From: Eubacteriales bacterium
GTDB taxonomy: Bacteria > Bacillota > Clostridia > Lachnospirales > Lachnospiraceae
NCBI GenBank assembly: GCA_030531385.1
Contig: JAUNNP010000001.1
Location: 18,402-82,401, forward strand
DNA length: 64,000 nt
Reading direction: 5' to 3'
The notes beneath the pieces were generated by a model that made no database searches, had not been told where the DNA came from, and worked only from the letters and a program-made list of their open reading frames with translations. Shown here piece after piece: positions 8,948-19,915 of this stretch (its first letter is position 1; each line of letters begins with the position of its first letter). Made by a program: the position numbers and the translations under genes.

Positions 8948-9777
8948 TACTGAATATTCCTCTGAACCTCCTGCCTCAGCCACTGATCAAGGTCATTTCC
9001 CCTTGTGATTCCGGCCTTGTCCGCACGTGCCGATCTCTTTTTGCCGCTTTCAGCCCGCGCTTTATCAAATTCCCTGGTGCGTTCTTTTGCGTCCTTAACA
9101 GTCTTTATGCCAAGATTTGCCCAGTCCAGACCTGTCTTTTCGATATAACGCATACTGTTATGATTGCTCTCCACGCAATACTGCACAAGGAAATCAAGCA
9201 CATCACACGGAAGCTTAAGGCCATCATACAGATAAGCCAGTACCTGCTCCTCAGAATCAGTCAGTATCTTTGACCTGTACTTTTGCACTATAAAAAGAAG
9301 CTGTCTGAATTCATCATCAGAAGAAAGCCTGTTAAGGGCTTCCTTGCCGTCAGCTCTCTTATAACGGTTTCTGATCTCTCCGGTATCATCGACACCGTTT
9401 CCGGTATTATCGATGCCTTTCCCTGTATCCGCGGAAACCGGCAGTGTCTGTGCAGTCTCCTCCCTGTTCTTTGCTTTATCGGAAGGATCTGCAGGCGCAG
9501 CTTCCAAAGCTCCGCTCTCAGCATTTCCGGCTTCTGTTCCGGAAGAACCAATGGATAAAATGCCGCACTTCTCCCAGTACTTTATCGCGCGGCGCACGTC
9601 CCCCTCTGTAAGCTCAAGCTTCTCTGCTATAGTCTCAACATCGATACCGTTTATACGGTTTCTCAGAAGGTACAGATAGACCTTGACATAATCACCATTT
9701 GCGGAAGGCATATATTTATCTAAAAACTTGTTGGCAACCAGCGTTGCATCAACCTGTATCAAATCATTGTAACTCAT
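8947..9777 (-). CDS. DnaD/DnaB-domain replication initiation protein
   Basis: 276 aa. N-terminal winged-helix-like region, an acidic low-complexity linker, and a C-terminal DnaB_2/DnaD repeat (...EEQVLAYLYDGLKLPCDVLDFLVQYCVESNHNSMRYIEKTGLDWANLGIKT...). Confidence 0.8.
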   Translation of the reverse strand: MSYNDLIQVDATLVANKFLDKYMPSANGDYVKVYLYLLRNRINGIDVETIAEKLELTEGDVRRAIKYWEKCGILSIGSSGTEAGNAESGALEAAPADPSDKAKNREETAQTLPVSADTGKGIDNTGNGVDDTGEIRNRYKRADGKEALNRLSSDDEFRQLLFIVQKYRSKILTDSEEQVLAYLYDGLKLPCDVLDFLVQYCVESNHNSMRYIEKTGLDWANLGIKTVKDAKERTREFDKARAESGKKRSARADKAGITRGNDLDQWLRQEVQRNIQ

Positions 9778-9808
9778 CTTAAATCAACTCCAATTTCTCA
9801 GCACTCAT

Positions 9809-9837
9809 ATATTACCATATAGATGCTGATTTTTGAA
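9809..9837 (-). promoter_or_regulatory. Candidate promoter for the dnaD-dnaI-prs unit
   Basis: Minus strand: TTCAAA (9832-9837), 17-nt spacer, TAATAT (9809-9814), preceded by TGG (extended -10-like). Confidence 0.4.
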
Positions 9838-9917
9838 CCTTGGAAAGGTTTACATAACTATGTTGTTGACAAAGTTAATAAAAGATGAAATTGGCTTAAA
9901 ATAAGGCTTTCTGCGGC

Positions 9918-9968
9918 ACAAAAAATCCACACGGCTTCACGGCTTAAACCGCATGAAGCTGTGTGGAT
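9918..9968 (-). terminator. Rho-independent terminator after murC
   Basis: A 15-bp stem: ATCCACACGGCTTCA (9925-9939) pairs with TGAAGCTGTGTGGAT (9954-9968), including one G-U pair. On the minus strand it is followed by TTTTTTG. Confidence 0.8.
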
Positions 9969-9982
9969 AATGTTGATAAAAA

Positions 9983-11362
9983 TCATAAAACAAGCTGGTT
10001 TGCAATATCTACTACATTTCCGGCGCCCATAGTTATCAACATGTCGCCTTCTCCGACATTTTCAAGAATATATTTTTTTATTTCTTCAAATTCCGGAATA
10101 TATTTTGCATTGCCTCCGTCGGCATTTATAAGCCTTGCTATATCCTCCGAGCTTACTCCAAGAGTATTGGTCTCTCTTGCCGCGTAAATGTCAGCAAGTA
10201 TGACCTCGTCTGCCTTTTTCAGCGCATCCGCAAACTCACCCATCAGGGCTTTGGTCCTCGTATAGGTATGCGGCTGGAAAACAACATAGAGCTTTTTATG
10301 CCTGCAGGAACGTGCCGCATCAAGTGTAGCCTCGATCTCCTGCGGATGATGTGCATAGTCATCAAGTATTTCGCAGCCGTTAACATTTCCCTTATGCTCG
10401 AATCGTCTCTTTACTCCCTCGAATTCACCAAGCGATGCGATTATATCCTCGGCACTTACTCCAACTCTGTCAGCTGCAGCCGCTGCCGCAAGCGAATCAA
10501 GTACATTATGCTTTCCGTGTACCTTCAGGATGACACGTCCAAGCTTCTCGCCTCTTTTTACAAGAGTATATGACGGTCTCGCAAAGTCATCGTAGCTGAT
10601 ATCCTCAGCAGTATAATCATAGTCACCGCCAATTCCAAAGGTAAGGCAGTCGCAGCCCATGCCTTCCATGAAGAAGTCTCTGTTCTCTATGGCGCCGTTG
10701 ATTATAAGGCATCCTGTCTCATCCTGAGGAAGAGTCTTGACAAATTTTCTGAAGCTGTTCCTTATATCATCAATGTCCTTAAAGAAATCCAGGTGATCTG
10801 CCTCAACATTCAGGATGACCGCTATAGTCGGATGAAAGCTTAAAAAGCTGTTGGTATATTCGCATGCCTCGGCAACAAAAAGATCCTTTGCTCCGTTTCT
10901 TAAGTTGCCTCCTATGGCATCGAGCAGACCGCCTACGCTTACCGTTGGGTCCTTATCAGCCTTTATCAGGATCTCCGAGATCATCGAGGTCGTTGTCGTC
11001 TTGCCATGTGTGCCCGCAACATTTACAGCTTCAGAATAATTGCTCATTATCTCTCCAAGCAGCTCCGCCCTGGAAAGCATCGGGATATTTTTCCTTACCG
11101 CTTCAGCATACTCCGGATTGTCCGGATGAATAGCCGCTGTATAGACCACAAGATCCGGAGCTTCAATATTTTCAGCTCTCTGACCGATGGCTATGCCTGC
11201 GCCTTTTTCCTTAAGTCCTTCAGTAAGCGGTGATGCCTTCATATCCGATCCGCTTATCTGAAATCCCTCTCTCATCAGTATCTCTGCAAGTCCTGACATA
11301 CTGATTCCGCCAATGCCTATAAAATGAACCTTTATCGGTTTCTTAAAATCTATCTGGTACAT
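9983..11362 (-). CDS. murC: UDP-N-acetylmuramate--L-alanine ligase
   Basis: 459 aa. N-terminal HFIGIGGISMSGLAEIL...GSD. Mur ligase ATP site VAGTHGKTTTTSMI. Confidence 0.95.
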   Translation of the reverse strand: MYQIDFKKPIKVHFIGIGGISMSGLAEILMREGFQISGSDMKASPLTEGLKEKGAGIAIGQRAENIEAPDLVVYTAAIHPDNPEYAEAVRKNIPMLSRAELLGEIMSNYSEAVNVAGTHGKTTTTSMISEILIKADKDPTVSVGGLLDAIGGNLRNGAKDLFVAEACEYTNSFLSFHPTIAVILNVEADHLDFFKDIDDIRNSFRKFVKTLPQDETGCLIINGAIENRDFFMEGMGCDCLTFGIGGDYDYTAEDISYDDFARPSYTLVKRGEKLGRVILKVHGKHNVLDSLAAAAAADRVGVSAEDIIASLGEFEGVKRRFEHKGNVNGCEILDDYAHHPQEIEATLDAARSCRHKKLYVVFQPHTYTRTKALMGEFADALKKADEVILADIYAARETNTLGVSSEDIARLINADGGNAKYIPEFEEIKKYILENVGEGDMLITMGAGNVVDIANQLVL

Positions 11363-11365
11363 AAC

Positions 11366-12916
11366 TTACTTTGCTGTTGCTGTAACTCTTGTTTCTCTGA
11401 TAACATTTACCTTTATCTGTCCCGGGTATGTCATCTCATCCTCGATCCTCTTTGCGATATCTCTTGAAAGGATGACCATGTCAGCTTCGCTGACCTCCTG
11501 CGGAACGACCATTATGCGGACCTCACGGCCTGCCTGTACGGCAAATGATTTTTCAACACCCTTATACGAATTGGTGATCTCCTCAAGCTGCTTAAGTCTC
11601 TGTGTATAAGTCTCAAGCGACTCTCTTCTTGCTCCCGGACGTGATGCGGAAATAGCATCCGCCGCCGCTACGATAAATGAGATCGGGCTTGTCGGTGCCA
11701 CATCCCCATGGTGGGACTCAACAGCATTGATAACTACCGGTGATTCCTTATACTTGCGGCATATCTCAGCTCCAAGCGTAACATGGGTACCTTCCTGCTC
11801 ATGGTCAACTGACTTACCAATATCATGAAGAAGTCCTGCGCGCTTTGCAAGACGTACATCATATCCAAGCTCTGCAGCAAGAAGTCCGGAAAGCTGTGCT
11901 ACCTCTATACTATGCTTAAGTCCATTCTGACCGTAGGAAGTCCTGAATCTCATGCGTCCAAGCAGCTTTACAAGCTCCGGATTAAGACCATGAACGCCAA
12001 CCTCGAGCACTGCCGCCTCACCTTCCTCGCGAATGGTGTTGTCGACCTCTTTCCGTGCCTTTTCTACAGTTTCTTCAATACGTGAAGGATGTATTCTGCC
12101 GTCAACTATAAGCTTCTCAAGGGCGACTCTGGCGATCTCTCTTCTCACAGGGTCGAAGCCTGAAAGAACAACTGCCTCCGGTGTGTCATCAATGATAAGC
12201 TCAACTCCGGTGAGTGTCTCAAGCGCACGGATATTTCTTCCTTCTCTTCCGATGATCCTTCCCTTCATGTCATCATTTGGAAGCTGAACCACAGAAACGG
12301 TGGACTCAGCCACATGATCGGCCGCGCACCGCTGAATAGCCGTAACGATATACTCCTTGGCTCTCTTTTCGGCTTCTTCCTTGGCAATATTGTCATATTC
12401 CTTGATGATCTTCGCGGTATCTATCCTGATATCCTCTCTGACCGAATTAAGAAGCTCCTCCTTCGCCTGATCCGCCGTGAGTCCGGATATCCTCTCAAGC
12501 TCTGTGATCACCTCGGCATGCTTTTGCCTGATCTCCTCAGCCTTGCGGTTAAGTGTATTGTCCTTGGTGTTGAGTTCCTTGTCCTTTTTTGCAAGCTCTG
12601 CCTGAAGCTTTTCAGCATTTTCCTCGCGCTTTACAAGTCTCTGTTCCTGCTGCTGGAGCTCGTGGCGTCTCTCGCGCTGCTCCTTTTCAAACTCTGCCTT
12701 GTTCTTGATGGCCTCTTCTTTAGCCTCAAGCAAAGCCTCTCTCTTTTTTGTCTCTGCTGTCTTTACTGCGTCGTCTATTATAGATCTGGCTCTTGTTTCC
12801 GCCGACCCAACCTTTTGTTCATATTCCTTGTTGCCTTGTTTCTTACCGAAACTATATGCCGCAAAGGCTACGATAACAACTACAATAAGCACAAGCATGA
12901 CCATGATTATTGTCAT
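11366..12916 (-). CDS. rny: Ribonuclease Y
   Basis: 516 aa. N-terminal TM anchor, Lys/Glu coiled coil, KH domain ([15 protein letters not shown]) and HD domain (LLHDIGK...ESHHG). Confidence 0.96.
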   Translation of the reverse strand: MTIIMVMLVLIVVVIVAFAAYSFGKKQGNKEYEQKVGSAETRARSIIDDAVKTAETKKREALLEAKEEAIKNKAEFEKEQRERRHELQQQEQRLVKREENAEKLQAELAKKDKELNTKDNTLNRKAEEIRQKHAEVITELERISGLTADQAKEELLNSVREDIRIDTAKIIKEYDNIAKEEAEKRAKEYIVTAIQRCAADHVAESTVSVVQLPNDDMKGRIIGREGRNIRALETLTGVELIIDDTPEAVVLSGFDPVRREIARVALEKLIVDGRIHPSRIEETVEKARKEVDNTIREEGEAAVLEVGVHGLNPELVKLLGRMRFRTSYGQNGLKHSIEVAQLSGLLAAELGYDVRLAKRAGLLHDIGKSVDHEQEGTHVTLGAEICRKYKESPVVINAVESHHGDVAPTSPISFIVAAADAISASRPGARRESLETYTQRLKQLEEITNSYKGVEKSFAVQAGREVRIMVVPQEVSEADMVILSRDIAKRIEDEMTYPGQIKVNVIRETRVTATAK

Positions 12917-12986
12917 CTTGTACCTCCTAAGATATAATTATTTATTTTACTTAGTGTAAATATATGGATACAGATACCTTTACCAC

Positions 12987-13021
12987 ATAAAAACACGGAA
13001 TATATTTTACATATATTCCGT
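12987..13021 (-). terminator. Rho-independent terminator ending the efflux operon
   Basis: An 11-bp stem: ACGGAATATAT (12995-13005) pairs with ATATATTCCGT (13011-13021). On the minus strand it is followed by GTTTTTAT. Confidence 0.75.
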
Positions 13022-13042
13022 ATCAATGTCAATTATATAAAT

Positions 13043-14455
13043 TTACCCTACGCTCATAACTCCCATCATGGCCCACTTATAATTCTCTATGGCCTGATGA
13101 AGATTAAGCTTGTTCATTGCGGCTGCCGCTTTATAGCTTATGTACTGCATGCGCAGTGATTCATACTCAGCATTTGACAGCATTCCAAGACTGTATTTTA
13201 CCTCCGCGGCATTGGCTGTAAGCTCAGCCTTTCTGAGTGAGGTCTCGGTCGCTCCGACAAGTATAGCCTGTCTCTGCAGCTCATTGCCGATCGAGTCCAT
13301 GGCGGCTGAAGCCTTGCCTCTCGCCTCATTCTCTCCCATATCACGAAGCTCCATTCCGTATGATGAATACTCATAATTGCTGAGTGACCCTGCCGAAATG
13401 ACCGTACTGTTGCCATCTACAGCCTGCTTTTTGTCCGCTTCATAACTTCTTCCGTCAAGGTAGTGTGTATCCGGCTCCGGGAGGTCCGCTATAGTAATAT
13501 CTGTATTGATATCATACCCGCACTGTACCGCGATATTTTTCTTAAGCTGGGCTAACCCAGAGTCAAGCTCTGTCAGCGTCTTTTGAGCTGTGTTCAGCTG
13601 ATTCAGATACGAAGAAGCCGCGGCCTGGGTCGCCATATTCTGTGCCTGCATATTTGCCTGCATATTGTATAGTGTCCGGTACAGTTCGACCTGCTGGGCC
13701 ACCATTGAGCGGTTTACCTCGAGTGTTTTATAGGATATCACCAGTGATTCAACGACCGATATCATCTGATTCTTTACCGGCGCCAGCGCTGTCCTTACAG
13801 TGGATCCCGCCAGATACAGTGACCTTTTTGTAGACCCAAGAGAGCTGATAATAGACCTCTGGCCTGCCCCGGCCGCTGAAAGTCCGCTGCTCACCGCATT
13901 AAGAGCAGCCTCCTTCGGCATTGTGACTCCGTCTATAGTGACCAGGCTGCTCGTGGTCTTTGAAAGATTCTGCTGAGTATACCTCAGATCCTCCATAGTC
14001 ACGTCAAGGGTCTCGAGCTGGTCCTTCATCTGTGAGCTGAACTCATCATATGAATTTCTGAGCTCCTGTATATTCGAATTTGCCTGATTATAATATTTTA
14101 CATATGTAGGGTTCCAATATGTTATCAGATCTGATATCTCATCCCACTCTATTACATTGTCGCAAAGCGCCGCATATCTTTCAGCGCTCATCCCGCCCGG
14201 AAAGCCTGTTTCCTCAGCTTTCCAGTCATAGCTGTTGGTATCATACAAAACAGCAGCTGCCTCAGCATTCTCCGGGGAATTATCCTGAGGCGGAACATTG
14301 TTGTAGTCCTTTGTCCCATCATCATTTAAAACATAGGCCACACCATACTCATCGACCTCGACCACAGCTGCGTAAGCGGCAAATGAAATCGCCGCAGACG
14401 TGCCAAGAGCCGCAGCCATTATTATTGTTTTTTTCAGCTTTTTCATATTTTTCAT
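13043..14455 (-). CDS. Secreted TolC-like (outer-membrane-efflux-protein family) coiled-coil protein, paralog 1
   Basis: 470 aa. Signal peptide ...AAISFAAYA. Long heptad-like Ala/Gln/Leu/Asn-rich helices. C-terminal LGMLSNAEYESLRMQYISYKAAAAMNKLNLHQAIENYKWAM resembles the TolC repeat end. Shares the N-terminal motif D/NN.(I/L)EW.EI..LI..(Y/W)N.T with the upstream paralog. Confidence 0.6.
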   Translation of the reverse strand: MKNMKKLKKTIIMAAALGTSAAISFAAYAAVVEVDEYGVAYVLNDDGTKDYNNVPPQDNSPENAEAAAVLYDTNSYDWKAEETGFPGGMSAERYAALCDNVIEWDEISDLITYWNPTYVKYYNQANSNIQELRNSYDEFSSQMKDQLETLDVTMEDLRYTQQNLSKTTSSLVTIDGVTMPKEAALNAVSSGLSAAGAGQRSIISSLGSTKRSLYLAGSTVRTALAPVKNQMISVVESLVISYKTLEVNRSMVAQQVELYRTLYNMQANMQAQNMATQAAASSYLNQLNTAQKTLTELDSGLAQLKKNIAVQCGYDINTDITIADLPEPDTHYLDGRSYEADKKQAVDGNSTVISAGSLSNYEYSSYGMELRDMGENEARGKASAAMDSIGNELQRQAILVGATETSLRKAELTANAAEVKYSLGMLSNAEYESLRMQYISYKAAAAMNKLNLHQAIENYKWAMMGVMSVG

Positions 14456-14463
14456 AAATCAGA

Positions 14464-15630
14464 TCAAATGTTGCCGTTTAACGCGTCATCATATTTTGCC
14501 TTAGCCTGCACCATTGCAGCGTAAGCCTTTTTAACAGCCATATCTGCTGACTTATCGGCAATTACCTTCGCCCTGAGCTCAAGCTCACTGATGGTTCCGA
14601 GATTATATGAATTCTGTGCCGCAGCAAGATTCTGATCGGCAACTGCCTTGTCGTTCAGTGCATTGGTATAAGCTGTTCCGGAATTCACAAGAGAGTCGTA
14701 GGCGGACTTAAAGTTGATTCCAAAGGAACTCCTGTCGCTGCCATACTGGTTCTCGTTCTGAGTCACAACAAGCTCGGTATAGCTTCCGCCCTTTGCGTTG
14801 CTCATCTTGATCTGATCCATTTTGAGCGTAAGGTTGTTTGCCTCCGCATAAGCCTTGTCCGCTTCATAATTTATAGCCGAGATGCTGTCAACGCTCATCT
14901 CGGGAAGCTCACCTATAACCCCCTCGGCATCGTAGGCCCAGCCGCACATTACAAGCAGTCCTGTTTTATTGCTTCCAATACTTGTTTCCGTGGTGAGCAG
15001 ACCTGCCTTCGCATTCTCAAGATTCTCCTTCGCGGTAAGCTCCTCTATCTCAGTAGCCATACCGAGATTCCTTCTGTTTACCGTAGAGGCATAGACTCTT
15101 TCAAGATATGCTATATTTTCAACCGCGTACTCCTTTTCATAAAGTGAGGTATAGTAGTTTATAAATGCTGTCCTCGCACCTGCCGCAGTCTGCTTTTCAA
15201 CCAGATCATACTGCATTTTTATGATCTGACCGTCCAGAACATTACTTTCAGCCTGCAATTTAAGTGAATTGGCCGAATTTCTGTATGTAGCCGAAAGAAT
15301 GGCACTGATATCCGAATACTTCTCTGCAAGGTCATCCATCTTATTTGCCTCATCAAGCAGATATTCTGTTACCTGACTTGCGTTATAAGTGCGTTCCTCA
15401 TCCTTATTGTAGTCGTTTCTGTTTTTTACGACAGTGGCGTTATATTCAGAAATAAGGCCGTCTATTTCATACCACTCAAGATTATTGTCTGAAAGATGTT
15501 CCATTTCTTCAGCAGTATGCAGTACTCCCGGTGCCGCTGCAAATGCAGGCGTCGAAGCCATAATGACTCCAACGGAACATATCGCTGCGTATCTGGCAAT
15601 AGATCTCATAAGCTTTTCACCTTTCTTCAT
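14464..15630 (-). CDS. Secreted TolC-like coiled-coil protein, paralog 2
   Basis: 388 aa. Signal peptide ...STPAFAAAP. C-terminal NLGTISELELRAKVIADKSADMAVKKAYAAMVQAKAKYDDALNG. The start is coupled to the RND stop by a TAATG overlap at 15628-15632. Confidence 0.6.
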   Translation of the reverse strand: MKKGEKLMRSIARYAAICSVGVIMASTPAFAAAPGVLHTAEEMEHLSDNNLEWYEIDGLISEYNATVVKNRNDYNKDEERTYNASQVTEYLLDEANKMDDLAEKYSDISAILSATYRNSANSLKLQAESNVLDGQIIKMQYDLVEKQTAAGARTAFINYYTSLYEKEYAVENIAYLERVYASTVNRRNLGMATEIEELTAKENLENAKAGLLTTETSIGSNKTGLLVMCGWAYDAEGVIGELPEMSVDSISAINYEADKAYAEANNLTLKMDQIKMSNAKGGSYTELVVTQNENQYGSDRSSFGINFKSAYDSLVNSGTAYTNALNDKAVADQNLAAAQNSYNLGTISELELRAKVIADKSADMAVKKAYAAMVQAKAKYDDALNGNI

Positions 15631-18600
15631 TAAGCCCTTCTCTTTTTGCGGCTCATGATATGATAGTAGACCGGAAGCACAAGCAGTGCCATAACCGTTG
15701 AAGTCAAAAGTCCTCCGACGTTAACGAGCGCAAGACCCTGCATGACAGCTCCTGCCTGTCCGATTCCAAGTCCCATCGGCAGCATGGAAAGAATAGTGGT
15801 AAGGGTCGTCATAAGAATAGGACGAAGTCTTATTGCTCCCGCCTCAACTATCGCGTCTTCAAATTCCATCTCATTTCTGAGCTGGTTTACTGTATCTACA
15901 TAAAGAATACCATTATTAACTACGGTACCAATAAGCATGAGATAACCTATAATGGTCGGCATACTTAAAGGAATGTCAAGAAGGAACAAAAGTCCGAAGG
16001 AACCTATCATGGCAAACGGCACTGTCGTCATGACCATGATGGAGAATCTCGGTGACTCGAACTGGGCTGCCATCACAACGAATACAAGGAAGATAGCGAT
16101 AACGATCGCTGTACCAAGGCTTGTGAACTCCTCTGTCATCATCTCCATCTGGGTATTTGCCTTCTCGCTTACACCCTCGACCATATTTGGCTTAACATAC
16201 TTTTCAGCAATATCCTTTGCTGTATTTTTGTCAGCAAGCTCTGTATAACTTGCGCTTATTCTTGCATTATACTGCTTATCCACTCTCTGAATGGATGAAG
16301 GGCTGTCCGCGAACCTGACATCGGCAATATCCTTTAAGAATACCGTGTTGCCCGATGAGGATGTAAGCTGGATATTCTTTACCTTATTGATATCATTGAA
16401 CTCGTCCTTTGGATACTCCACCATGACGGACATATTTACTCCGTCGACATCAATGGTGTCGGCTTCCTTACCGGATATCATCGTGTAAAGACCGCCTGCT
16501 GCAGCTGCCGGGACAAAGCCTTCCGCCGCCGCTGCCACAGGGTCTATATCAAATTTGATGATCGGAGTAGAGTTTGCAAGTGTTGATGTTACCGCAGTGA
16601 CTCTGCTGTCCATCTTAAGTTCATTGTATATCTTATCTGAAACAGCCTTTAAATCATCATAATCCGCAGAAACAAGTGAAAGCGAATATCCCGAAGAAAC
16701 ATTCATCGAGCTTGTCTGTGAATATACACTTACATCAATATCACAGTCATCAACGACCTGGAATTTTTTCTTCCACTTCTCAACGACCTCGGCCGTGCTC
16801 TGCTTTCTGTCATCCTTAAGATAAGCAACCAGAGTTCCGGTAGATGAAGACATAAGGCTTCCCGCACCGCCGCTGAGCATGTATCTGTCAAGGTCTTCCT
16901 CCTCCATGACCATATCCTCGATGACCTTAAACTTTTCCTGCTGCTTTTCTGTGGTAAGTCCCGGTTTCATGTCCACAGCCACCTGTATCTGTCCCTGATC
17001 CATATCCGGCATAAGGACCGCGTCAAGTCTTGTTGCGCAAAGGATAGAGATTGCAAGGAAGATAAATGTTACGACGACTGTTTTCTTCTTATGCTTCAGT
17101 ATCGTTCTCTCAATAGCACGGTAGCCCTTCTGCATTGCCCTGATCGCAGAATATGCCGGCGCCTTTTCCTTCTCCTCAGGCTTATAATAAACGAAGCAGA
17201 GCGGAACTATGGCAAGTGCCGAAATAAGTGATGCCACCATACTGAATACGATAGTCATTCCAAGAGGCTGGAAGAACTGGCCCGAAAGTCCGTTCAGGAA
17301 TCCGAGCGGAAGGAATACTACGCAGGTCGTAAGCGTAGAACCGAAGATACTGGCTGCAACGGAATCAGTTCCGTTTATCGCATTTTTGATATATCCATTA
17401 AAGCTCTGATCCGGATCAAGCTCCATCGCACGGAAGCAGGCCTCGAGTACTACGACTGAGTTATCTACCATCATTCCGACGGCAAGAACCATGGATCCAA
17501 GTGTTACTACATTGAGCGAGTATCCCATTCTTCCCATCATTACAAGTGCCGTAAGTATGGAAATAGGAATGGAGGTGGCAACGATAAGAGAAGCCTTCAT
17601 ATCTCCATAGAACAGGAAAAGTACCGCGGTCGAGATGATTATTGCAAGTATCATCGTCTCAAAAACAGTCTTAAGAGAGCTGTTTATCTGATCCGAAGCA
17701 TCCTGAACCATCTCAAAGGTAAGATTGGGGTTCTCGGCCATAAGGGAATCAAATACCTTATGGGCTGAGCTTGAAACATTGGCTGCTGTATACTGGTTAT
17801 TCTTGCTGAGCGCAAGAATAACTACATCCTCACCGTTATAGCGTCCTATAGCCTCTACGTCCTCCAGAGTTCTTGAAACATTCGCTATATCCTCAAGGTA
17901 AATGATATTTCCGTTTCCGTAGGTGATAGGGATCCGCTTTAATTCATCCGGAGTCTTATACTCAACACCGAGTGAAATGCTCATGTCGGTATTGCCGACA
18001 GTTGTCGAGCCTGCCGGAATAGAGAATGAAGCTGAGCCCACGATCGAAGCTATAGAAGACATGTCCAGATGAAGCTGCGCAAGCTTTTCCGGATCAAGCT
18101 CTACCTTTACATACTCCTGCTGTCCGCCGTAAATATCCACCGAAGCGATGGACGGGACCTTCTCAAGCTCCGGAACAACATACTTATCCGCATATTCATA
18201 AATATTATTAACGCTTGAGTTCTTTACTACGACGTAGACCGATGCCATCTGGTTTACGTCAAACTCCATGACCTGCGGATCATTGGCATCATCCGGAAGG
18301 TTCGACTGCACATTGTCAAGCTTTTTTCTAAGCTCTGAATAAGCATTGTCCATATCAGTACCGTAATCATACTGAAGCATGGTAAGAGCATAGTTCTCAT
18401 TGGACATGCTGGTCATGCTGTCGATGCCGTCAAGAGTTCCGATCGCGTCCTCGATCTCCTTTGTAACGAGCTCGTCGATATCCTCAGGGTTTGCTCCCGG
18501 ATATGCTGTGGTCACAACAAGCATGGGCATGTTGATATCCGGAGTAAGCTCCAGCTTCATATTCAGAATACTGATAGCTCCGAAGAACAGCAATGAAATA

Positions 18601-18659
18601 ATACAAAGGACCGTTGTTACAGGTCTTTTGAGGACAAGTTTTGTCAGATTAGTCATCAT
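15630..18659 (-). CDS. RND-superfamily efflux permease (AcrB/HAE-type)
   Basis: 1009 aa with 12-TM topology and two large extracytoplasmic loops. N-terminus ...LKRPVTTVLCIISLLFFGAISILNMKLELTPDINMPMLVVTTAYPGANPEDIDELVT... is typical of the AcrB family. Confidence 0.9.
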   Translation of the reverse strand: MMTNLTKLVLKRPVTTVLCIISLLFFGAISILNMKLELTPDINMPMLVVTTAYPGANPEDIDELVTKEIEDAIGTLDGIDSMTSMSNENYALTMLQYDYGTDMDNAYSELRKKLDNVQSNLPDDANDPQVMEFDVNQMASVYVVVKNSSVNNIYEYADKYVVPELEKVPSIASVDIYGGQQEYVKVELDPEKLAQLHLDMSSIASIVGSASFSIPAGSTTVGNTDMSISLGVEYKTPDELKRIPITYGNGNIIYLEDIANVSRTLEDVEAIGRYNGEDVVILALSKNNQYTAANVSSSAHKVFDSLMAENPNLTFEMVQDASDQINSSLKTVFETMILAIIISTAVLFLFYGDMKASLIVATSIPISILTALVMMGRMGYSLNVVTLGSMVLAVGMMVDNSVVVLEACFRAMELDPDQSFNGYIKNAINGTDSVAASIFGSTLTTCVVFLPLGFLNGLSGQFFQPLGMTIVFSMVASLISALAIVPLCFVYYKPEEKEKAPAYSAIRAMQKGYRAIERTILKHKKKTVVVTFIFLAISILCATRLDAVLMPDMDQGQIQVAVDMKPGLTTEKQQEKFKVIEDMVMEEEDLDRYMLSGGAGSLMSSSTGTLVAYLKDDRKQSTAEVVEKWKKKFQVVDDCDIDVSVYSQTSSMNVSSGYSLSLVSADYDDLKAVSDKIYNELKMDSRVTAVTSTLANSTPIIKFDIDPVAAAAEGFVPAAAAGGLYTMISGKEADTIDVDGVNMSVMVEYPKDEFNDINKVKNIQLTSSSGNTVFLKDIADVRFADSPSSIQRVDKQYNARISASYTELADKNTAKDIAEKYVKPNMVEGVSEKANTQMEMMTEEFTSLGTAIVIAIFLVFVVMAAQFESPRFSIMVMTTVPFAMIGSFGLLFLLDIPLSMPTIIGYLMLIGTVVNNGILYVDTVNQLRNEMEFEDAIVEAGAIRLRPILMTTLTTILSMLPMGLGIGQAGAVMQGLALVNVGGLLTSTVMALLVLPVYYHIMSRKKRRA

Positions 18660-18665
18660 AATTCA

Positions 18666-19847
18666 TCAGCCCTCCGGAAGCACCTGTACTTTTGCGCCCT
18701 CATAAAGCTGAGCGGTCCAGCTCTTGATGACAAGGCTGTCTGATGTAATTCCGCTTACGATCTCGGTCTTTTCATTGTTTGAAAGGCCTGTCTCCACCTC
18801 GTTTTTATGAACGGTGCCAAGCTTATTGTTTTCATCGATGATAGTAGCCTCATCGTTCAGCCCCTCTGTATCATAGCTGATGGTATAAACATAGGTCTTT
18901 CCGCCATCGTAGCTGATGTCATCGGTATCCATGAGCATAACACCCTCGGCTTTTTCAGATATGAAATTCAGCTTTACACTTGCGCCGTTCGGAATAGCAT
19001 TGTCTCCGACAAACGCTGCTTCAATGGGATAAAGTCCCGTTGAAGCACTCGGAAGCGTCGATACGGAAGTGACCTTTGCCTTATACTCCGAGCCCTGCTT
19101 TGTAACAGTGATCTCGTTGCCTGTCTTAAATGCATCCAGTAATCTGTCGGTAACATTGAATTTGATTTTGTTATCACCACTGGAGGAAATTACACACACC
19201 TGTGAAGCGGATGAAACAAGACCATTGACACTCATATTTACTGACTCGACCGTTCCTGCCGTAGGTGCTGTAACAGTCGCAAACTCGACCTGAGTATCAT
19301 ACTGAAGCTGGGCGCCCTCAAGCTGCAGCTGTGCTGCCTGAACGCCTGCAGATGCCTGATCATAGCTATTTTTTGTAGACTCATAGCTCTGTCTTGAAAT
19401 GTCTCCTGTTGCAAGGAGTGCTGTCATTCTGTCAAGATTGGTCTTTGCAAGCTGTGCTGATTCCTGTGCGTTCTTAAGTGAAACAGCCGCACTGTCTAAG
19501 GATATCTTTGCAGCATCAATAGCCTTCTGATTATCAATAGTGCAGATATCCTGTCCTTCCTCGACTTCATCACCTACGGAAACAAAGATATCGGTAATCT
19601 CTCCGCTTACCTTGGGAACAACATAATATACATCGCCCGGTGAGACTGTGCCTATCAGGCTGGTATCTATCGATATATCTCCTGTCTCAGGATGTCCGAC
19701 CGACACCGTAGACAGCGACTTGGTTTCAATATCCTTTGTCTTTCCAAGGATCCTGTAAACGGCAAGTGCCGCTACCGCGATCACGGCTATCACTGCAATT
19801 ACGATCAAGATTTTTGACTTATTGCTTTTCTTTGCTTCTGCTTCCAT
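18666..19847 (-). CDS. Efflux periplasmic adaptor / membrane-fusion protein (HlyD/AcrA family)
   Basis: N-terminal TM anchor (ILIVIAVIAVIAVAALAVY), lipoyl-like half motifs, a coiled-coil hairpin (...AQLQLEGAQLQYDTQ...) and a beta-barrel. The tracked start is 19877, but the ATG at 19847 has GGAGG 9 nt upstream. Confidence 0.85.
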   Translation of the reverse strand: MEAEAKKSNKSKILIVIAVIAVIAVAALAVYRILGKTKDIETKSLSTVSVGHPETGDISIDTSLIGTVSPGDVYYVVPKVSGEITDIFVSVGDEVEEGQDICTIDNQKAIDAAKISLDSAAVSLKNAQESAQLAKTNLDRMTALLATGDISRQSYESTKNSYDQASAGVQAAQLQLEGAQLQYDTQVEFATVTAPTAGTVESVNMSVNGLVSSASQVCVISSSGDNKIKFNVTDRLLDAFKTGNEITVTKQGSEYKAKVTSVSTLPSASTGLYPIEAAFVGDNAIPNGASVKLNFISEKAEGVMLMDTDDISYDGGKTYVYTISYDTEGLNDEATIIDENNKLGTVHKNEVETGLSNNEKTEIVSGITSDSLVIKSWTAQLYEGAKVQVLPEG

Positions 19848-19915
19848 CAAATGCTTCCTCCGATTATTATCTGTCATGATGCGGATATCTTATATCAGCA
19901 TTATTAACTCAAAAT

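Noticed and set aside
7940-9777. The DnaD-domain and DnaC/IstB-like ATPase pair as a prophage or IS remnant.
   Set aside because: There is no integrase, transposase, terminal repeat or phage gene nearby. The pair is embedded between prs and murC-rny housekeeping genes and is translationally coupled. This arrangement fits the chromosomal DnaD/DnaB-DnaI helicase-loading system of Firmicutes.
12314-12937. 207-aa and 86-aa plus-strand ORFs antisense to rny.
   Set aside because: They are the antisense reading of the Lys/Glu coiled-coil region of RNase Y, giving Leu/Phe-rich low-complexity sequence. They are not independent genes.
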